From positions 1-41,249 of the forward strand of contig JAQGDQ010001435.1 in assembly GCA_030141605.1 (NCBI GenBank): a stretch of DNA of 41,249 nt. The letters run 5' to 3'. The position numbers and the translations under genes are program-made. The stretch comes from Tubiluchus corallicola (lineage: Eukaryota > Animalia > Priapulida). Positions 1 to 9,990 of the stretch are shown here, piece after piece. Under the pieces are notes generated by a model, which did no database searches, had not been told where the DNA came from, and saw nothing but the letters and a program-made list of their open reading frames with translations. Within the stretch, counting starts at the first letter, position 1. Every line of letters begins with the position of its first letter.

Positions 1-290
1 GCGTCGAGCATGCACTACGCGTTCCATGCTGTGTTTCAGTAGTTTATGCCGCATAATACGAACGTTTACATTTTCTGACTTTCGTGATGTTTTTTTTTGT
101 ATTTCATGATTATCTTCAACATTTATTAATAACAACAGGCTGTTTTCATTCTGTTTTCAATCAATAAAAAAGTGCAAAGTTCACGCTCGCATTATAGAAT
201 TGCTTGTTGAATTCATAGCCCAAATCTGTTTTTACTCAACTTTTCTTTGCTTACTTGCTTTCGGCTTGTAGTTGCCAGGAGGTATTGCTG

Positions 291-781
291 CGTCGATATG
301 TAATTACAGAAAAATGTAAAAAACTTTGACTTACATATGAGATTCAGAAGAGATCATAGTATAGTAATCAATTAGTTCCAAGTCAATGTGATGAAGAACC
401 TCAGTAGTAAGCATTACAATAATACTGTTGTTCCCATATTGTGTCCCCCTTTGTTGTATGTTGTGTCAAATGTACAAGATGTGTTTTATTATTGTAATGC
501 TTACAGCTGTGGTTCTTCATTATGTTAACTTAGGCTAACTGATTACTGTGTTATGATCTTTTCTGAATCTCATGTATGAGATTTTTCCTACATTTTTCTG
601 CAATTTCTTCTGGGTACATCGACGATTGTTTTGACATTTTATATTCTAATTTGTTGAATTGTAATGACATTCTCTGCTTTTATGTTTAGTACATTCAGTG
701 TGCTAATTATTCCATTTTTGGCTTGATTTATGGTACTGAAAATGGCTATGATAGCCGGAACGATCGTCTACGCTCAATAAA
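291..781 (+). mobile_element. Penelope-like-element terminal fragment with 5' inversion (foldback arms ~291-424 and ~487-618) ending in a hammerhead motif and AATAAA
   Basis: 302-424 is an imperfect reverse complement of 487-605 (e.g. GTAAGCATTACAATAATA / TATTATTGTAATGCTTAC). 600-781 is homologous to both arms of the 24626-24990 element. Hammerhead-like motif at 733-771, AATAAA at 776-781. PLE assignment is inferred from the ribozyme type and the inversion. Confidence 0.6.
733..771 (+). ncRNA. Degenerate minimal type-I hammerhead ribozyme (probably inactive)
   Basis: GTA CTGAAAA T GGCTA-TGA-TAGCC GGAA C GATC GTC TAC. Stems I, II and III can pair, but the core has a C3.A8 mismatch and GGAA in place of GAAA. 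Confidence 0.6.
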
Positions 782-869
782 TACCCAATACCTGGTTGTT
801 ATAATCGCTTTTTAATTTTACTTTCTGGGAATCTTTTGTGCAAAAACATTGCAGCCATTTCGTTTTTTT

Positions 870-2830
870 CCGTTTCTTACCCATTCCGCTAATTTCGGAT
901 TCAGCATAGTAAAACTGACAAGGTTGGTTATGTTGCATACTTCAAAAAAAAACCCGAATTTTATAGAAGCACCTTTTCAGGACTCTCTTCTAGTCCAAGG
1001 TAATTTAGTGAATACTAAGATGACGAAGAAGTGCGACAAAATGATGACATTGCTGTATAGACAAATCTAAGTGCTGTATAGACAAAACTAAGTGTGTAAT
1101 GCTTGATCAGTAATTATGTGCATTATGTTTCAACAGTTTCAAAATCTCCACGCTGTTTAATTCTTTTGTTCTTACCATCATCATGCCATTTACTAGTGAG
1201 ATGATGATACGGAAAATATTATGGTGATACAAAATTTTGTAGGAAATATAGGATAGGTCAAACAACAAGCTTTCACGTTAAACTTCTCTACCCAATTTGT
1301 TATTATTTTGTCATTTCTTCTGGCTGTCTTGCTAGTGAGATAAGAAAAAGACCAGCAATTTAAGAAACCAATAATGTATACGTATACGTTTCATCAAACG
1401 TGTTTAAGAAAGATCTTTAGATTTTCAAGGATGATGTGCTAGACAAGACAAGCAACAGGCTGCCCAGTCTGATGCAGAACATTGAGTACGATTTACAGGG
1501 TATGTATTTTAACAGAAAATGGGCGTTCTTATTAAATATCTGTTGAGCTGCATTTCACCAAAAGAAAGGATTTCGCCAATGTTTTTGTAACGGGCCTAAA
1601 AAAGTAAAAGTCCAGGAAGACGGCAAAATTAAGAGGCTTAAGGAAAGGACATAGCCATAAAGTCTACGTAAGGGAAGCGTTGGATTCACACTACGGACTA
1701 AGAGTTAGCGTAACTTAGGAACCTGTTTAGTTAGCTATTTTAATAAAACAATGATATAAACACTTTCAATTTTTTGGTTGTTGCTGCTATTGCTGATGTT
1801 GTTGTCGCATTTTCACCGTTAAATTGATCTGGGATTGTGGGTCTTTGTCAAGCCTATCAACAAAACTTATTCCACAAATATTGAGTGCCTGGAAGTCTGA
1901 AATCGTTGTTCTCCTTGCTTCTAAGCGGCGCTTAGCAACAGTGCTTTGAGCATAGCTATTGAACCAGATAAATAGCTTCCGCCCTTTCACTTTGCTAGTA
2001 TTGCTAAATACGCAGAATGTAGTAGTGATAGGTAATCAATCAGTTCTATGTGAATAATTACTTTTTTAATCATTCTTTTTATAGCGACTTGCAGGAACCA
2101 GGCAGAGAGCTCCAATGACCTTATCAACGACCTTAGCCTATTTAGCCTATTGATTTTTCCCCGCCCTAGCCAATATAAATTCCTGTTTCCTACCTTGCTT
2201 ATATAAACAGACAATAACATTTTTTGCTTCTAATTCACGAGTTGTTGCACGATCGTTCAGTTTATTCCCCTAAGCTCAGTTTAATTAAAGTAACAAGCAC
2301 GCTGGTGTCTTAAAAGCTAAAGTTTTTGTAACACTGACGTTTATGACTAATCGCTCACATGTAATGGTCTCTGCAGGAATAACTCTATCCAAAAAAAAGA
2401 TTGACACAATTGAAAATTGTACAACTTAGCAGAAGTAAAAACATGTTCCTCATAAATCATAAACCCACCGCATAAAGCGCAAGAAATTCGCTTATGAACT
2501 ATGCCTACGAGATTGGATAAGTATAGCGTAACAAATTTATCACAATAGTGGGTGCCAAACACTTCAATTGTTACACGTAAACGATCGGTACTGGTAAAAA
2601 GGAAGACCTTTTATCATTTAAAATCTTTGAAGCAATTGTGCTGTGTTGCCGATCTGAAGGATTATGGATATTAATAGGCAAATTAGAGCAGTTAACTGGT
2701 GTACACCCATAGGCATGTATGTTAGACAGTGAGACTTCTAAGGTTAAGATCAGTGCTTTCGATTGTCGGAAAAGCGACAAACTGACAAAGTAAGCAAACG
2801 ACAAACGAGTAGGTGTTATACAAAACACAG
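870..2830 (-). mobile_element. Decayed LINE ORF2 (APE endonuclease + reverse transcriptase), CR1/L2-like
   Basis: Motifs in correct order over several frames: FCITPTRL (~ITETWL, 2802-2825); CGGFMI (~GDFN, near 2461-2472); WIELFL and HVSD (~LDL, SDH); WFN..RR (1958-1966); PLRRLY..LPSSW..PLQK (~P..W..P..K, near 1612-1626); IITNWVEKF (near 1280-1297); PILYFL (~GPLLF, 1240-1257); WHDDGK..IKQRGDFETVE (~FADDTK..D..LQ, from 1185 leftward). Many stops and frameshifts. Confidence 0.65.
1051..1092 (+). repeat. 21-bp tandem duplication
   Basis: TGCTGTATAGACAAATCTAAG followed by TGCTGTATAGACAAAACTAAG (one mismatch). Confidence 0.9.
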
Positions 2831-3338
2831 AACAAAAAGTAAAGGTAGTGCATTATTTTCTAACACTTAGGTAATCAAAGTGCCCTCTGTTGAGACGTCC
2901 ATGGCTGTAAGATTGTTAGTGGTAGTTTTTTAAGTACCAAGCATTTTCTTCCATTTTTCAAAGATGAGAGCAGTTTATTAAAATGCCAAAAGCACTGCCA
3001 ATTTAATTATATAGAGAGCGTACGGGTTTTATTATCGCCAATATCAATTTCAGCGTTATTCTTTTAGCGGTTCTTCTCTTGGCAATCGTAGAATATAGTA
3101 TGAAATACTATTAAATTATTTCAAAAATACTTTTAACATTGTTCATTTCGTGAAAACCACGATTCTATCCCCCCACGATTGCGTTTTTCCTTTCCTTTGC
3201 TTTCTAACGATTGTTTGCGAATATCAGCGATCCTGTGCTAATACTTAAATGCTGGTTCCCTCAAGGTTTCATGATTTCCTCTACCTCATTTGCATAAACA
3301 ATTATCTTGACAGCCTTCTGTCAAAGCTTGTCATGTAT

Positions 3339-3390
3339 CCCTGAGGACTCGAACCTACAAAATTTAATAGCTCATTGCACTACAACCTAG
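3339..3390 (-). mobile_element. Degenerate tRNA-derived SINE head
   Basis: B box GGTTCGAGTCC (3345-3355, minus strand) and an A-box-like TGTAGTGCAATGAG upstream. The spacing is shortened and there is no cloverleaf. Confidence 0.35.
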
Positions 3391-3799
3391 TAGGAATACA
3401 GCTCCAATCCCGGCTTGTGGGAATTAACGGCAGCATAAATGCTTTTTTGTTTTTTTAAGCCAATCGGAAAATTGGCATAAGTGTTCCAGAAAAATTCCCA
3501 CATGAATTCGTTATCAGGGCGTATTACCCTAAAACGGTCACGTCTCAGAATAGCCCAAGAATGTACGCTGATACTCTGTTTATTTTTCACAGACAACTTT
3601 TTATTCTAACTGTAAAAAAGTTTTTACATATATATATATATATATATAATATCAAATTCAACTGACCCTAAAAATTTTCCTTTGGCCAATTCATGGGGGA
3701 GGGGGGCTTTCTGAACCACTACATAACATACTAATTCTGAAAAACCACAAAATGTGTTGTAATTAATTCTCAAAAATCTGTTCCCGGATCAGCCTCCAA

Positions 3800-4275
3800 A
3801 GCAAGCTATTGCGAAGAAAATCAAACAAGAATTGCCTTGAAAATAACTATAACTGAGCATGTAACTTTGGCATGCTAAAAAGCCAAACTGCTTACAAGCT
3901 ATGACCTCACAATTTAGATAGGCTTTTTGAATTTTGGTTGCAGTCGTTACAGATGAACAAAGTTGTTGCAACTGTTTTAGCCTTTTTTTATTCACTCCTA
4001 ACTAGTTCACGAATAGCTCAAGCATAACTTTCATTTCGCTTAAACTTCGTTATTGCAAATTTTATTTTCTAGTTTTTCAGTTTTTCAGTTTGTCAGCCCA
4101 ACAATGTTAAATTTAACTGCCCACAACAAAATCGCGGGTTAGCAACCACGCGTGGACGAATTTATTACTTAAAAAAGAGGTGGCAAGGATGGGATGGCCT
4201 AGTTAACCTCAGAACTGTCACACCTTCACGGTTGAACTACGGCAGGAATTATGTGGTATGCTGAAAAATGTGTAC
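3800..4275 (+). mobile_element. Tc1-like transposase relic
   Basis: HAKKP...VVTDE (~KKP..L...FTDE), then QQN, then NHAWTNLLLKKEVARMGWPS*PQ...ELCGMLK (4141-4266; ~H....MDWP..SPDLNPIE.LW..LK). Confidence 0.5.
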
Positions 4276-4829
4276 TTGGCTTTCTAAACTGATTGACTTA
4301 TTGTAAGTTTGGCCTAGAAGTTATGAATCAGTTCGCATAAATTGTGTAGTTACTGTAGCCTAACGATATATTGTTTCATTTCTATTCAAGAAAATAATGA
4401 AATAATATTGATTTTTGCAAAATGTCAATACGATTATTCTGTTATTTGTGGTTACTGGCTGTGTGCATTGGCCGGGGTTTTAAAGTAACCAAAATAACAA
4501 ACAAACCGTGAAATATAGGTTAGTCTCCTTGTTAGCCCTTTATCTTCATCGTCGAGTCTTCACGTTAAGTATAATCGAAAGAAGCCCAAGTATGAACGTT
4601 GCAGCTGAATTTGAGTGCTTGAAATTTATATATATTACGGGACTTATAGCTAAAATTGCTTTAGTTTTTTTTCCAAAACTTTTATTAGCTGCATGCACAG
4701 TTACGTTTAGATGGTTGCCAGTCTTATCGATTACCTTTCTACGATGCGATGCGTGCAGGTCTATTGCCTCTTCTGATTGTATTACAGGGTATACCACGTC
4801 TGGGTACGTTTACTTAGCTGCCTGACTAT

Positions 4830-5633
4830 GTTGTCCAATCAGGCAAGTCAACATTGAGCGGGGATATTCGATTCTGCTGATGACAGATAAGTAATTAATC
4901 ACTTTCTGATTGATTGATGCATAATCGAAGTCCCCATAAGGGCACCCGAAGTGCTTGATGTGAGCCGTGGCTGTCCGCACGCGGAACAGTCGGCTTCGCT
5001 TGCTGCGCATGATTTTGCGCAACAAACGGAAGTGCTACATTTACCAACTGTCACTGCTGATAGAATCAGGAATCAGCGGGGAAGAAATGTACGGAAACAG
5101 ATTCTATTTCGTAATGCGACGAATCGCGCCGTCGGATTCTGAAGACGTGACACACGAGCCTTCGCTGATTTATCAAATTATACCCGCGGGATTGACGAAA
5201 TTACGCGATCAAATACACGTTCATATCATCAATGCAACACGTACCGTGCCTTTTTTCTTATCGGCGCCAAAAAGTTCTGTTCAAAACTCTGCCAGTATTT
5301 GAACCGAATTGAACGTCTTTGGTATTTGAGCGTGATCAGAAAATTTTAGCGGAAGCTATCGGTCAGCTAATCAGCTGAATTGTCTGTGTGATTGATTTTT
5401 TTGCTCTCGGACTGATCGTTCAACGTATGTTCAGCATTACACGGCGTTTCTCAGCAACCAGTATTGGAGAATTGTTAGTAAACTGCTAAAGTAATTTTGT
5501 TGACGAAAAAAAGCTGCTTTTTCATAATTTAATCGCCTTTCGAACTCGTAAAACCGAAAGAAGAAATCCAATATCACGACTGTCTCAAGTGGTTGAAATT
5601 CCAATAAAAAAACCTACGCTAAAACTGGTGAGT
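4830..5633 (+). promoter_or_regulatory. Candidate promoter and non-coding first exon ending at donor CTG|GTGAGT (5627/5628)
   Basis: Locally CpG/GC-rich stretch ~4930-5280, CCAAT at 4835, ETS-type CGGAAGTG at 5027-5034, consensus 5' splice site followed by AT-rich sequence. No transcript evidence. Confidence 0.35.
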
Positions 5634-8600
5634 ATTAATCAATATAAAATAAATATCATTAAAATCAAGTATTGTAAGATACCAGTGAGACTTGCAGTTA
5701 AATCTACGATTATAATAAATCATTATACCTTGCCATTCTACATAGTTTTTTGTTCACTGAGTCGTGACAAAAACGAGAAGTTTTTTCTTTCTGGATTCTG
5801 ATCACCCTTTTTCTGCTTGATTAAATTAATTCTTACCAGTTTTTTAATGTGTGTCTTATGAAATAAATTATTTTTCCTAAATGGTGACACTTAAGACACA
5901 AATGGATTTCATCGTTTCGGTTTGATCGGTTTCATATTATGGTTCATATTACGATTTCACCGAGATCTATAACGCAGATCTATAAGTAAGAAGTAATAAT
6001 ACTGAAACAGAGTAGTTTCACTCATACTGTATGCTGCTGGACCTGGATGTACATTTTGGCGAAACTTGTCATCATCATTGAATGTCTAAAAGTAGTGACT
6101 GTCACTACATAAATGTCTTGTGATTTGGATCGTTCGATTACTTGTTCATTAAATTAGACATTAATAACATATTACAAAAAAGTAGTGTCTAATGACTTAC
6201 AGTGATTTCGCCAGACTTATTGGCGATGTTCATTTTGGTTATTTTGATCATTTTGATAAACTCGTTTTGATAACTTAAAGTGACGAAACTTTAGTAGCCT
6301 AAACAATATAGTCAACTCTAGTGACGAGTTATAGTTTTACCCACTTCAGTTTGGATTGAAAGTTGCTTATTAAGTAATGAGAATAGTAATGAAATATATT
6401 AATTAAAGGGAGACCTAAACAAAGTACATTGTTTTGAATCGTGTTACTAAATTATGATTATTGCTTTGCTGCCTGTAGAAATGGATAGGCTTAGAATGGA
6501 ACTGTTTCGCTGCATACGTCACTATTTCAAAGTTCAACAGTTTCGCAATCAATTATCTTTCAAAACGTATATATTTACGTTTTTTGACGTGCATCCATTT
6601 TGGCTTGTTTCTGAGTCGCCTTTTCTGATTTCGGGGTGCATTTGGCTTGTTAAAAAGTTTCTTCCTGCTGACCCTGACTGCTCAAGCGTTGCGCTGCAAG
6701 TTTTAAAAATGCCAAGCGTTGGGTATTCTCTGCGGGAATACAATATGTGTATAAATAACAAATTTCAAAATAACAGTTAACTATTTCGTAATTAATATGC
6801 AAATGAGGTACGTTGCTAATACAAATGGATGCGAATATGGAAAAGATGGTTAGCCGCTAATGAAAATGAAGAAAAAACAATTTTACGCGCCATCTACAGC
6901 AGTTACAGTCAAATCTTATGGCGCCAACCAGATTTTAGAAGCTGTCAATACAGCATTTTCGGTATAAACATTTAAAATATGTTATCCTGTGGCTGAGTGT
7001 GGAAAAATAAATTTGAGTATCTCTGCCTCTCTAGGTAACAAAACAAAGTTTATAATATTTTTTAACCCGGAATATTCGTACACTGGGTGGCAACGAATGT
7101 TGTGGATTACATTCATTTTCAAACACATTAATACGGCACAATTGCTTTTGTGCTGCATTTTTATAAACACAATAACTTCACGAAATAATTACCGCTCACG
7201 AACAACATTTTTGTAGCACTAATCTGTGGATACAAAAGCACTGCAGTTCACGTGCTCGGTTTCCTAGATCAACACTCAAGAACTTTACTCTTCAAGATTC
7301 TAAAAATTTCAACCATCTGTTGAAACTGGTTGATTTGTGTGGCAGCTGAGTGAAGTTAATGGGGGAGGAGAAGATTGTGGATTGTAGGGGTAACTTGTGT
7401 ATGCATTTTAAGCTGTAGCATTCAATAGATCTCTTATAAAAGTACTATGAGCATTCCTCAATGTTAGTAGCTATGTCCGAGAGAGTCTTACATTTTTAGG
7501 GTATTAACTCTTTGAGTTAAATAACACTTTTTGTGCTACATGTATGTAACAAATGCAAGAGAATTTTAAACTCTTCCTTCGACTGCGCTTTTAACAACAT
7601 TGTTGAACAGAGCTTGTTTTATAGAGCTATAATTATAGTGCTAGTTATAGATTTTTGCCTCGATTTCGTTAGCTAATAGAGTTCTTCAAAGCTGCAAGAA
7701 AAATTGAATTTCGATTGAGAACTTTGTCCTTGAGGGGGACATTAGTTGCTGACGCGTATAAAACGTAAATAATTAACATACTGTGTCAATGTATTCGAAG
7801 ATAGTTTTTTATACAGGTATTGAAAGTCACTAATAAATGAAGCCGAGATACGTAAAAATAAATCTAGTTCACAAGACATTCCTAAGTATCCAGTGATGTA
7901 ATAAGGACAAAACAGTAATAGGCTTATCGCTTATAGGCTTCTTCTGGGTTTTATGCAGGTTTCATATCAGGTACGCGGTGAAGTGAGGTATGAGGTACAC
8001 GGACCGCAAACGTGATCAAAACCATCACGACGACAAGGCTGCCTTTGTCCAAAATCAAATGCACACTTAAATTGAACGTTGCGCTCACAAAAAGTAAAAA
8101 AATGTTCCAACTTACATTTGAACAGCAGTAACTTGACTACACTGTATATCAGTAAAGTTGCTTCAGTACAGTTACTGTAACAGTGGTAGATTTTAACCAA
8201 TGACGCGCCTGAATTACTCCGGCGCCAGTCACACTAGCCCAAATTAAATACCGATTAATCAATCAAAAATGATTGACGCTGTTCAGAATAACCATGCAAC
8301 AGAATTCTTGTATTATTCTTATACTACTAATTATAGCTTGCAGTTTTGCTAATCAGATGTGTACAATATTGAACAATGACAATTACAAATAAAATTACAA
8401 CACCTGCATACAGTTGAAACCTCTTTCTCCCTTTGCTTTCGTTACTCTTTATTTTTTTTCATTTTAAAGCTGGCCGTCAAACTTGATCCTAGCCTTGAAA
8501 AGTCTATTTAATTTCAAATATTTTTTAAGAATTTATAATGTTTGGGAATTTCTTAAATTGCTTAAGAAATTAATTACTTAGTGTGTTAATTAATCCATCA

Positions 8601-9149
8601 TTACACATGTATGCTAGTCAACGTGCTCGCACTGGTTTAAGAGTTATTACAATTATAGTGAGTGGGCTATAGACTTTATTCACTGTGATCACGGCAGCCA
8701 GAGTCTCTGCGTGGCCACATTCTGTGATGTATGCATGTTGAGTGAGTAAACTCTTAATAATATATTTCCAAATTAACTATTAAGACTCTTTAAAAGCATA
8801 CAAGTGATAATTTTTAGTGTCTGGCACACACCAGCACTGTACTCAGATTCGTAATATACAACTATTACGAATCCTAACGTCTATAAATCAGAGGGTCCGC
8901 GCAGGCGTGAAGTCAGCACTATGCTTAACTCGTTGTCTTGATAAAATACGCAGCACTGAGGCGCATATCTAAGTAGTAGTCTAGTCATTTTTTTTCTTTT
9001 TGGTAAATTTCATTATCGGTGACCCCTTAAAAAACGATTATTTCTCATCACAACCAAAAAGCAGTGGCTTACACTAAGTGCCTTACTCTTATATTACTTG
9101 GCTAGGACAAATCTTGTTCTTGCTGTCCAACGCAGCGCATGCGTAGTAT

Positions 9150-9990
9150 AACTAGGTATAATTCGTCAGGCAACGTATTTATAACCGTACGACAGTGCTT
9201 AGTTCGTCAAGGCCAAAATGGTTGGGACTTAATTATAAAGCCTTTCCACCGCTGATTACAGCAGCCCAATAAATTGCAATGACACAAATGCAGCTAACTA
9301 ATTCGTGGCAGAACCTCTGCTAAAAGCGGATGAATCGACACGCGGATTCAACATGACGTTTGGAGAGAGATAGTTAGTATAATTCGTGAAGAGTGAATTG
9401 AAGTTCTGATTGGAGTTTTCGATGGAAATAGATTACGTATTTGGAAGAGAAGTAAAATGTGTTTAAGTTTTTCAGTGAGATCTGGAACTAATGCTGTCTG
9501 CTTCCCTTCTCAATGATGTATATGCGTGCCGTTGCCGTTCTATTGAGTGTAATGATAACAAGTGGTCGGCAGTATCACTTGCCCTCGTCATCTAGGGATT
9601 TCATTGATTACTTGGGCTAGATAAAATTCGAAAAGTATTGTCTGTTAGCCTGATGGCCCATTCAACTAGTATAAATTGTGGTTAAGCAATGAAATGGCGA
9701 ATGGCACATTCTTCAATCGATTATTTATATCGTAAAATGGCTGCTCTCACAAAAAGGTGACCCAAAAGGAAGGTTGCTGTACATATCTTGGCCTAGAACA
9801 TCTAAATTAGTTAAAATTGTCATTGAGGTCTTTAGCTAAAAGTGGTTAAAAATGAATTAGCAGTGCTGCTAAGTACTTTTCTGAAGAACTGCAACAGTTT
9901 TTATTAACGTCATTTATAACCACTAGTAGAATTATACTACAAAACTTTACAAATAAATTCTTAAGCAATGATTATAGAATACAGATATTG
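9150..9990 (+). mobile_element. Near full-length decayed Tc1-like transposase
   Basis: Ordered motifs: LGIIRQATY (HTH-like, 9152); SSRPK (~GRP); ITAAQ; EPLLKADESTRGF (9311, ~KPLL..H..RL.F); DVWREIV; FDGNRLRIWKR (9418); WPRTSKLVKIVIE (9789, ~WP..SPDLNPIE); EELQQ...ILQNFTNKF (9883 onward). Confidence 0.6.

Noticed and set aside
1421-1499. Plus-strand exon-like frame IFKDDVLDKTSNRLPSLMQNIEYDLQG with donor GTATGT
   Set aside because: The acceptor is weak and purine-rich, and it lies antisense within the LINE RT relic.
2157-2180. GC box + CCAAT + TATAAA cluster
   Set aside because: The motifs abut or overlap with unrealistic spacing and lie inside the LINE relic.
4508-5302. Overlapping 63-111 aa ORFs
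   Set aside because: No recognisable domain. Explained by locally higher GC.
7959-7970. 12-nt microexon GTTTCATATCAG
   Set aside because: The donor GTACGC is weak and there is no supporting context.
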